IMG/VR virus record: IMGVR_UViG_3300032285_003287
Coordinates: 17,718-81,717 of that record
DNA length: 64,000 bases
Source: a virus
Reading direction: 5' to 3' (one strand)
Positions 7,345 through 13,602 of this stretch are shown here, piece by piece (position 1 is the stretch's first letter; each line of letters begins with the position of its first letter). The position numbers and the translations under genes are program-made. A model generated the notes under the pieces. The model did not search any database. It had not been told where the DNA came from and saw only the letters and a list, made by a program, of their open reading frames with translations.

Positions 7345-7611
7345 TTAGGCGATCAGTTCAAACCTAACGATGCGATCCAAGCGGAACCTGCGGATGTCAT
7401 CCACGGCAGGGACATAGCAGGTGATTCCCTCGCCAGCGGGATTCTTCGTGCCACGATCCTCCTTGTAGAAGAACTTGGCAAACGGACGAGACACCTGATA
7501 CTCTTTCGGCTCAAAGCGGTTAGACTCTGCCTTGTAGACGATCTTGTAGGTATTGAGAAGGCCCAGCTTGTAGGCGATTTTCGTGAAGAACAGGTTAAGG
7601 TTGGTTTTCAT
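7345..7611 (-). CDS. small WYL-like/SH3-barrel protein
   Basis: C-terminal IRRFRLDRI matches the WYL-domain R.FRLDRI signature; no HTH. Confidence 0.6.
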   Translation of the reverse strand: MKTNLNLFFTKIAYKLGLLNTYKIVYKAESNRFEPKEYQVSRPFAKFFYKEDRGTKNPAGEGITCYVPAVDDIRRFRLDRIVRFELIA

Positions 7612-7680
7612 TGTTTTTGTGTTTTGGGTTTGTTGTTGTTGTTTAGTGTGATTCTATTTTTACAATTTTTGGGCAAGATG

Positions 7681-7890
7681 TCAATAGTCGATTTTGATAT
7701 TTTTTGCCGCCCTGTATGCCGAGATCATTTCACCGATGCGGTTGCGGCTCATCTTTGTCATGCCGCTAGTGATTCCCCAGTAGCGTTTGGTTTCCTTGTG
7801 TGCTTTAATCTCTCCCTGAATGGCAAGGATCAGATAGGTGCGAATGTTGCAGACATTGGTGAAGTTCAGTGTGGTGTTCTTATTTTTCAT
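7681..7890 (-). CDS. hypothetical protein, 69 aa, leaderless
   Basis: MKNKNTTLNF...; ATG 6 nt after TTTACA-17-CATAAT. Confidence 0.7.
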   Translation of the reverse strand: MKNKNTTLNFTNVCNIRTYLILAIQGEIKAHKETKRYWGITSGMTKMSRNRIGEMISAYRAAKNIKIDY

Positions 7891-7934
7891 GGTATGATTA
7901 TGAGGGTTAAGGGTTGATTTGTAAAGCGTCAAAA

Positions 7935-8069
7935 TTACTTTTCGGTAACTTTTTTCTGTGCTTGTTTCCAAGCATTCCAGCGAGCTTTGCGGGAAGCCCA
8001 TTTTTGAGCTTCACGATTGTAACGAGCGATCTCCCACTCTTGGGAGGTTTGAGTATTCTTATTGTTCAT
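7935..8069 (-). CDS. basic Trp-rich miniprotein, 44 aa, leaderless
   Basis: Hand-translated MNNKNTQTSQEWEIARYNREAQKWASRKARWNAWKQAQKKVTEK; TACGCT 6 nt upstream. Confidence 0.65.
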   Translation of the reverse strand: MNNKNTQTSQEWEIARYNREAQKWASRKARWNAWKQAQKKVTEK

Positions 8070-8147
8070 GCTGTAAGCGTATCATGGACGCACAAAAAAA
8101 TCGAGAAAAAAATGCGGCTAGGTGAAACTTTTTTTTAACGAAAAGTG

Positions 8148-8305
8148 TTGACAGCTGCAGGGCTAGTGTTTATGCGGGTCTACGGGCTACTTCGTCTAGA
8201 GGCCACAGGGTAGCTCTAGAGGCCCATACAATGCGGATCCGCAAGGGGCGACCGACTGACCGGGCGGGGCCCGGCTCTGTAAGTCGTTGATTAGTAGGCT
8301 TTTAT
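8148..8305 (+). repeat. composite intergenic element copy G (long form)
   Basis: TTGACA 8148; sub-repeat CAGGGCTAGTGTTTATGCGGGTC; GC hairpin 8260-8274; box GTAAGTCGTTGATTAGTAGGCTTTTAT 8279-8305 overlaps the last codons of the neighbouring gene. Confidence 0.9.
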
Positions 8306-8548
8306 GAAGATTGGAGTGTATTCGCCCATGTACGCGCCCTCGATGTTAAATTCAAAGTATTCCCATGCTTCTTCTTCATTCATTCCTTGGGATATTAGCT
8401 TTTTGATTATTTTATTGACATCATATGCCAGCACACGATTGAGACCACAGCGATAGGCTGTGCCGATAATCGCCTTATCAAACCCATCAACCTTAAGTGC
8501 GTCTGGATCAACAGAGTCCAGCACTTGCTTTAAGATATCAGCTCTCAT
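8291..8548 (-). CDS. conserved-type phage hypothetical protein, 85 aa
   Basis: DGFD.AIIG...Y....I...L...GM..EEA.EYFEFNI.GAYMGE.TPIF pattern recalled from aquatic phages. Confidence 0.8.
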   Translation of the reverse strand: MRADILKQVLDSVDPDALKVDGFDKAIIGTAYRCGLNRVLAYDVNKIIKKLISQGMNEEEAWEYFEFNIEGAYMGEYTPIFIKAY

Positions 8549-8702
8549 AGTCACCTCCGATATCAAAGCGGTCTTCGTATTGCTGTTCTAGGTAGCGGTC
8601 GGGCTGGATTTCATCCATGTCCCTAGGGGTGTGACCTAGCTCATGCTCGTCGTTGTAGATTTCGGGCTGGTTTTCGTCTTCGGGGTCTGTGATGGTGAGC
8701 AT
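8538..8702 (-). CDS. highly acidic miniprotein, 54 aa
   Basis: MLTITDPEDENQPEIYNDEHEL...GGDYES; 18 D/E versus 3 R and no K. Confidence 0.65.
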   Translation of the reverse strand: MLTITDPEDENQPEIYNDEHELGHTPRDMDEIQPDRYLEQQYEDRFDIGGDYES

Positions 8703-8733
8703 AATCTGATTAAAAGATTTTTTGGTTATGGTG

Positions 8734-8958
8734 TCAAGCACCGATAGTTTCACGAAACACTTGAAAGCCACGAACGATATGCGAGATATCACCAGTAGCG
8801 TTGCAGAGTGCATCTGCGATACTGATCGCGCAGTCGCGCTCAAGCTGAAGCTGAAGCAACTTCTTCATTACCTCCCTCGGAGGCATACCGGCAGTATGCT
8901 CCTCAAGAGCGTTAAGCATCAGATCAAAGTCTGCTTTGGTGAATTGTTTCTTAATCAT
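8734..8958 (-). CDS. hypothetical protein, 74 aa
   Basis: MIKKQFTKADFDLML...; start overlaps the upstream stop (TAATG). Confidence 0.65.
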   Translation of the reverse strand: MIKKQFTKADFDLMLNALEEHTAGMPPREVMKKLLQLQLERDCAISIADALCNATGDISHIVRGFQVFRETIGA

Positions 8959-9224
8959 TATTTTACTCCTAGGGATTTGATGGTTTTGTTGAACTCCTGT
9001 TCCTGCTTGATCCGATATGCCTCTGGATCTTGAAACGGAGTCTGTGCGTAGGAGACATCGTTCCAATGAAAGGAAGGGACGCCCCATGAGTTAGCCTCGT
9101 AGGTTGCGGCACTATGCTTGACAGCAAGGTGCGCCCAGTAGAGGGAGGTTGCGAGTGAGTCGATCACACCAAAGGTGAGGGCGACGATTGCGATGATACC
9201 GATTTGCTTTGTGGTGTTGTTCAT
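8958..9224 (-). CDS. hypothetical membrane-anchored protein, 88 aa
   Basis: MNNTTKQIGIIAIVALTFGV hydrophobic N-terminus. Confidence 0.65.
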   Translation of the reverse strand: MNNTTKQIGIIAIVALTFGVIDSLATSLYWAHLAVKHSAATYEANSWGVPSFHWNDVSYAQTPFQDPEAYRIKQEQEFNKTIKSLGVK

Positions 9225-9255
9225 ATTCTTATTGAATGCGGTGTTGGTATTTTTA

Positions 9256-9513
9256 TTAGTTGTGGGGCTTGTTGGCTTCCTCACCAAAATAGTTTGCGAT
9301 GCCTTCATCCCAGTTTTCGGCAACGGAATCGCATAGCCTTTCCAAAAGCTCACGGAGCCTTGCGACCTCGTTGGTTTTCTCGGCGAGTTCGCGTTCTAGT
9401 TCTTCGGCATGGTTAGCCATGTATACATAGGCTTCATAATCGGTTCTTAAATTACAAAAGGCTTTGTTTCTTTCGACATCAGTCCTCGGCGTTGGTGTGG
9501 TTTCGGGGTTCAT
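9256..9513 (-). CDS. hypothetical coiled-coil protein, 85 aa
   Basis: TPRTD...A.ELERELA motif common in phage ORFs. Confidence 0.7.
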   Translation of the reverse strand: MNPETTPTPRTDVERNKAFCNLRTDYEAYVYMANHAEELERELAEKTNEVARLRELLERLCDSVAENWDEGIANYFGEEANKPHN

Positions 9514-9540
9514 AGAGTAATTAAAATTCTTTTTTATTGT

Positions 9541-9675
9541 TCAGTCAACCCAAATGTTCGGGTTGCCATGCTCTTGCACGATGGCTTCCAGTTCGTCGAG
9601 CCAAGCCTCGTATTCAGAGGCGTAAGCGGCGAGATCTTCAGCGGCGAATTGTTTAGGGTCGATTAGTAGTTCCAT
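9541..9675 (-). CDS. acidic miniprotein, 44 aa, leaderless
   Basis: MELLIDPKQFAAEDLAAYASEYEAWLDELEAIVQEHGNPNIWVD; 11 D/E versus 1 K; TATGCT 6 nt upstream. Confidence 0.7.
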   Translation of the reverse strand: MELLIDPKQFAAEDLAAYASEYEAWLDELEAIVQEHGNPNIWVD

Positions 9676-9750
9676 GATTAGAGCATAGCACCGGCATCGT
9701 AGATTACAACACTTTTTTTTGAATTTTTTTCGTGCCATAAAGAAAAAAGC

Positions 9751-9844
9751 TTGACAGCGCAATGGTGTGCATGGTACAATTGTGTAAGACAACCGCCGCC
9801 GGGCTGGGCCGGGCGCTGTAAGCTGTTGATCTTCAGCTACTTAT
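9751..9844 (+). repeat. composite intergenic element copy H with rightward TTGACA-18-TACAAT promoter
   Basis: TTGACA 9751, TACAAT 9775-9780, GTAAGACAA 9784-9792, degenerate GC box 9799-9813, box GTAAGCTGTTGATCTTCAGCTACTTAT 9818-9844. Confidence 0.9.
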
Positions 9845-9845
9845 G

Positions 9846-10010
9846 TTAATGCTTGTAACCCCATGTGACTGAGGCAGTTATCATTGCGGCAGAAACCCAG
9901 TAACTAACATCACCAAACTTGCCAGCAAACGCCCATCTTGTGGCGTTGATAACATAGAGGGACATAATGACATAGTTAAAGAAGCGAGGATCAGTGATGA
10001 ATTTGTACAT
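9846..10010 (-). CDS. small membrane protein, 54 aa
   Basis: MYKFITDPRFFNYVIMSLYVINATRWAF...YWVSAAMITASVTWG; two hydrophobic segments. Confidence 0.65.
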   Translation of the reverse strand: MYKFITDPRFFNYVIMSLYVINATRWAFAGKFGDVSYWVSAAMITASVTWGYKH

Positions 10011-10011
10011 A

Positions 10012-10134
10012 TTATTTTTGGTATTTTTCTTTTCGCCTGTAGATTTTTTTACTAGGAACAGCGCGTTGTACAGGTGCATACGGCTGTCTTACCTTGATAT
10101 CTTTCAGTTGTATCGCAAATCGTTCGGTTTTCAT
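10012..10134 (-). CDS. basic miniprotein, 40 aa (ArfA-like C-terminal motif)
   Basis: Hand-translated MKTERFAIQLKDIKVRQPYAPVQRAVPSKKIYRRKEKYQK; fills the gap between neighbours exactly. Confidence 0.6.
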   Translation of the reverse strand: MKTERFAIQLKDIKVRQPYAPVQRAVPSKKIYRRKEKYQK

Positions 10135-10135
10135 T

Positions 10136-10366
10136 CTATTCTGCTGGGCAGTTCTCCCAGTACCAGTCGTTGTACATTTCCTTCCATTCTGCCTTGAAGT
10201 AGTCCATCTGTGCGGCGGTGTAGCTGAACAGATAGTTCAGACGAGCGACAATGGGAGCGATGTCGTTCTCTGTGAACGATTGCTCCATCGTCTGCCAGAG
10301 GGAGTTCTCGTTCATGGAACGGAGGATGAGTTCTTGTGTGGTGTTGTTGGTGATGTCAATTTTCAT
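10136..10366 (-). CDS. hypothetical protein, 76 aa, leaderless
   Basis: ATG 6 nt after TCGACA-17-CATACT. Confidence 0.75.
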   Translation of the reverse strand: MKIDITNNTTQELILRSMNENSLWQTMEQSFTENDIAPIVARLNYLFSYTAAQMDYFKAEWKEMYNDWYWENCPAE

Positions 10367-10404
10367 GTTTAGAGTATGAGTGTTGAGGGTTGATTTGTCG
10401 AGAA

Positions 10405-10692
10405 CTATTTTTTGAGTTGCATCTCTAATTGACGGATTTTTTGCTCAAGCTCTTTCGTGTGTCTACGATAGAAAGCCAGATCCTGTTCATAGGTTCCAAC
10501 CGCAAAAATCAGATTTTCGATTTGCTGATCTTTGGTTCCCGACATGATGATCGGATCGTCGAAGCGTTCCTTGTTCATTCGCTTCTGTTCCCTGTCCATC
10601 AGATCGGACTGGATTCTTTCGTGTCTAGCTTCTGGCGTTTCACCGCCACAGACGACTTTGAAGCTACGGAGTGGGTATTTGTATGATCTCAT
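10405..10692 (-). CDS. hypothetical coiled-coil protein, 95 aa
   Basis: ATG ORF in operon context. Confidence 0.65.
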   Translation of the reverse strand: MRSYKYPLRSFKVVCGGETPEARHERIQSDLMDREQKRMNKERFDDPIIMSGTKDQQIENLIFAVGTYEQDLAFYRRHTKELEQKIRQLEMQLKK

Positions 10693-10696
10693 ATTT

Positions 10697-10831
10697 TTAT
10701 TTCCTTTCGATGTAGTTGTTTAGATTGTTGATGACTGCTTGATTCGCCTTGGTGATCTCTTCCAGCTTTTTAGCAAAGGCAAGGAGGCGAACTTCTAGGG
10801 GATTCTGTTTGGGGGCTTTTCTTCTTTTCAT
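10697..10831 (-). CDS. basic miniprotein, 44 aa, leaderless
   Basis: Hand-translated MKRRKAPKQNPLEVRLLAFAKKLEEITKANQAVINNLNNYIERK; TTGCAA-16-CAGAAT upstream. Confidence 0.6.
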   Translation of the reverse strand: MKRRKAPKQNPLEVRLLAFAKKLEEITKANQAVINNLNNYIERK

Positions 10832-10883
10832 GATTCTATTCTGTCAGGTTTTCCGATTATTGCAAGATTTATTTTTTCTTTTT

Positions 10884-11039
10884 TTATTCTTCCTCTGGTT
10901 CAAACTCTGCCCATTCTCCGCAATCCTTGCAGAGAGCGATGAAGCCATTCTGTTCTAGAACGGGTGATAGTGGGCTATTCGTTGCGCCACAGCAGTTGCT
11001 GACTAGCTTTACCTCTTTGAGTGTTTCTTTATCTTTCAT
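10884..11039 (-). CDS. zinc-ribbon miniprotein, 51 aa, leaderless
   Basis: SNCCGA...CKDCGEWAEF; ATG 6 nt after TTGTGT-17-TATGCT. Confidence 0.75.
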   Translation of the reverse strand: MKDKETLKEVKLVSNCCGATNSPLSPVLEQNGFIALCKDCGEWAEFEPEEE

Positions 11040-11116
11040 GCTATGAGCATAGCCTAGAACACTGAAAAACACAAGATCTTTTTTTCGTTTGTGTGAATTT
11101 TTTTTGACGATTGTGC

Positions 11117-11211
11117 TTGACGGCGAGGCGGCTTTCTGTTATACTACCCTGTAAGACAACCGCCGCCAGGCGGGGCCCGGCGCTGTAAGTTGTTGATACT
11201 GAGCTACTTAC
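11117..11211 (+). repeat. composite intergenic element copy I with rightward TTGACG-17-TATACT promoter
   Basis: -35 11117-11122, -10 11140-11145, GTAAGACAA 11151-11159, GC box 11166-11180, box GTAAGTTGTTGATACTGAGCTACTTAC 11185-11211. Confidence 0.9.
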
Positions 11212-11359
11212 GCATTCTGCCTTTGCCACACTCTGGCGTATATGTTATATACGCGGGTTTCGTACGCCTTATTGCTACCTAACCTGATACCGCGTCGACG
11301 TAGCGTTTCCGCTACGTGACGCTTCAGCTGTATCTGTTGGACTATTGTCATACAAGCTA

Positions 11360-11518
11360 TTAGTGATGGCGATGATTGCTAGTGCCTGCGAAGTGGCCCG
11401 ATGTGCCACGACTGCCACGACCAGAGATGCCGCTGTTGTGCGTCTTGGCCTGTGATGTAGCAGGGATGAGGATAGCGAGGGCGAGTGAGATGATTGCGAT
11501 GTGTGCTGTGCGGTTCAT
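11360..11518 (-). CDS. secreted Gly/Ser/His-rich peptide, 52 aa
   Basis: MNRTAHIAIISLALAILIPATSQA|KTHNSGISGRGSRGTSGHFAGTSNHRHH; Sec-like signal peptide. Confidence 0.6.
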   Translation of the reverse strand: MNRTAHIAIISLALAILIPATSQAKTHNSGISGRGSRGTSGHFAGTSNHRHH

Positions 11519-11543
11519 ATGGTATGTTGTGTTGGTTGTTGTA

Positions 11544-11633
11544 TTAGTGGTTGCAGATTTGGTCAGCGAAGTAGCAGATGCCGATGAAGCAAGCGATGTT
11601 GCCTAGTGCTAGGAGTGAGACAATGATCTTCAT
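11544..11633 (-). CDS. hydrophobic peptide, 29 aa
   Basis: MKIIVSLLALGNIACFIGICYFADQICNH; tightly packed between neighbours. Confidence 0.5.
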   Translation of the reverse strand: MKIIVSLLALGNIACFIGICYFADQICNH

Positions 11634-11637
11634 GTGA

Positions 11638-11751
11638 TTACTTGGAGAGAATCTCAAGAGTGATGACGATGAGACCGACAGCCGACAGCGATAGGAAGCC
11701 GAAGGCGAGGAACGATGCGATGATGAGGACTGACTCGATGTGGTGTTTCAT
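11638..11751 (-). CDS. single-TM peptide, 37 aa
   Basis: MKHHIESVLIIASFLAFGFLSLSAVGLIVITLEILSK; CA-rich leader. Confidence 0.55.
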   Translation of the reverse strand: MKHHIESVLIIASFLAFGFLSLSAVGLIVITLEILSK

Positions 11752-11769
11752 GTGTTGTTGTGTTGTGGG

Positions 11770-11916
11770 TTAGCGTGACTGAAGAAAGGTCTTTGCCTCA
11801 AGCAAGGCGTTGCTTGCGTAGTAGTAAGCCTTCATGCGAAGCGTGTTGCCTAGACGAGCGTGGCGGCATGACTGATTGTAGAAGCTCTGTGAGAGAGTGT
11901 AGATTGTGGTGATCAT
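11770..11916 (-). CDS. hypothetical protein, 48 aa, leaderless
   Basis: MITTIYTLSQSFYNQ...; ATG 6 nt after TTGACA-17-CATACT. Confidence 0.7.
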   Translation of the reverse strand: MITTIYTLSQSFYNQSCRHARLGNTLRMKAYYYASNALLEAKTFLQSR

Positions 11917-11954
11917 GGTTAGAGTATGAGTGAATGTGGTTATTGTGTCAACGA

Positions 11955-12068
11955 TTATTTCTTTGGGATCCAGAAGCCCTTGTCCCACAAGCTACGCTTG
12001 ACCTCTGCCTGCTTCTTGAGTTCGATTCTGCGAAGCTCGATGATTCGCTGTTTGGTTTCTTTGTTCAT
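11955..12068 (-). CDS. basic miniprotein, 37 aa, leaderless
   Basis: MNKETKQRIIELRRIELKKQAEVKRSLWDKGFWIPKK; ATG 6 nt after TTGACA-16-TATAAT. Confidence 0.7.
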   Translation of the reverse strand: MNKETKQRIIELRRIELKKQAEVKRSLWDKGFWIPKK

Positions 12069-12105
12069 GGTGTGATTATAGAGATTGAGGTGATTGTGTC
12101 AACGA

Positions 12106-12258
12106 TTATTTGATGCAGATTGGAAGTGCGCCGTATGGTGAAGGATTGGCGATGATGTAGGCGATCACCTTCTCGACCTGCTTCCTGTTCGCCTCAGCGA
12201 TGAGGAGATTACGAGCGACCATCTTCTGTTCTAGCGTTTGCTTGTTCTTATCTTTCAT
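12106..12258 (-). CDS. hypothetical protein, 50 aa, leaderless
   Basis: MKDKNKQTLEQKMVARNLLIAEANRKQVEKVIAYIIANPSPYGALPICIK; ATG 6 nt after TTGTGT-17-TAGGAT. Confidence 0.7.
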   Translation of the reverse strand: MKDKNKQTLEQKMVARNLLIAEANRKQVEKVIAYIIANPSPYGALPICIK

Positions 12259-12658
12259 GGATTCATCCTATCAGCATCCAAACAAAAACACAAGAACTTT
12301 TTTTATTTTTTTTCGTGTGCGCTACCGCACCACCCCGCCAAGCATTGTATGACAATCGTATGACAACGCGAATCCCCCCCCTTTTTTGAAAAAAAGTGCT
12401 TGACTTTAGCCCGGAAGCGGTCGGGTGGGTCCAATTTCCTTCTCCCCTAATAAAAATACCTATCTAATTCAGAAATCTCGCCGCTTTGAATGGTTTTAAA
12501 TAAATAAATCAGCGGCTCGAACACCGCTCGACGCCAGTGCGAGCAGTAAAACTGATCTAAATATATAAGAACCCCCCACTAATTATAAAAACCAGTATAA
12601 TAACTAATTATTAATATAATTATCAAATTAAAAATACCGGGCGCGGTGATTTAATCGA

Positions 12659-13492
12659 CTACCCCATAAACTGCCTAATAACTTCTTCAGTATTTTCTAT
12701 TTCTACGTCCTTATATGCAAGATGGTTGATACTACCATCGCTATTTTTCATACTTTCTGGTAATGGATCTGGGTATTTTTTACTTAGTACTCTAGTAAAT
12801 TTAACTCCAACCTCTTTTCCTAGCCATTCGTATAGTGGATAATCATAACCGTGTGCTCTTATCTCTAAAACATTAGTATTTGGTTGCATATACATTATAT
12901 TGCTTAAACCGGCGCCGTGAACCCCCACAACATACTTGGCACTATTAAATGCAATTATTTGTTCGCGCGCGCTCATCTTTTCCGGGTAGATAACATGAAC
13001 GTTGTCCGAATATTTTTCCATTTCTGTTTTTATACTATTAAGGCATTCTTCACTAAAATTTCTACAGGTTGTATTATTTGACTTGTCCCTTTGTATAATT
13101 AGCGCACAATTGGGTACAGGCTTTTCTCCTATTAATATATTGCGCGAAACATGACCGGCAATTTCTTTTGCCAAAGAAAAATCATGGTGCTGCATACGTA
13201 TTGGTATAATATTTTCGCTATAATTATATTCTTCTGCGGTTTTTAGCACGTGTCGCCTGTCATAAAATGGTAATTCAGATGGGCTTTTATAACTAGTAGT
13301 CAGTGGCGCATATAACTCCGCCCAGTCTTTAAACTCTCCAAAATATAATATTTTTGATTCTGGATACAATTGTATTTGCTTGTATGCGTGTGCACATAAA
13401 TTAAAAGTAAAATGAAAATAATTGCCACCTATGCCATCATGTGCGATAACAATGGTTTTACCGCTCTCGGGAAAGTGGTTATTATTTTTCAT
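12659..13492 (-). CDS. glycosyltransferase family 61 (DUF563)
   Basis: GNYFHF N-terminal motif; REQIIAFNSAKYVVGVHGAGLSNIMYMQPNTNVLEI is the GT61 signature; start taken at ATG 13492. Confidence 0.88.
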   Translation of the reverse strand: MKNNNHFPESGKTIVIAHDGIGGNYFHFTFNLCAHAYKQIQLYPESKILYFGEFKDWAELYAPLTTSYKSPSELPFYDRRHVLKTAEEYNYSENIIPIRMQHHDFSLAKEIAGHVSRNILIGEKPVPNCALIIQRDKSNNTTCRNFSEECLNSIKTEMEKYSDNVHVIYPEKMSAREQIIAFNSAKYVVGVHGAGLSNIMYMQPNTNVLEIRAHGYDYPLYEWLGKEVGVKFTRVLSKKYPDPLPESMKNSDGSINHLAYKDVEIENTEEVIRQFMG

Positions 13493-13602
13493 ATGCGTGT
13501 AATAATAAGTAAGTCTAAATATGCAAGCATATCTAAAAAGACTAGTAGCCAAATTCTTTCTATGGCTATTAGAAAAAGAATAGATTAATTAATTATTAAT
13601 TA

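Noticed and set aside
7282-7917. 211-aa plus-strand ORF and other plus-strand ORFs in 3.5-11.6 kb
   Set aside because: Antisense to promoter-supported minus-strand genes, or running through repeat elements
1098-11211. 27-bp palindromic repeats as a CRISPR array
   Set aside because: Copies are degenerate, occur in both orientations and are separated by 0.4-1.6 kb of genes rather than 30-40 bp spacers; no cas genes seen
1098-11211. Canonical integron attC sites
   Set aside because: No RYYYAAC...GTTRRRY ends and no IntI in the window; only the architecture is analogous
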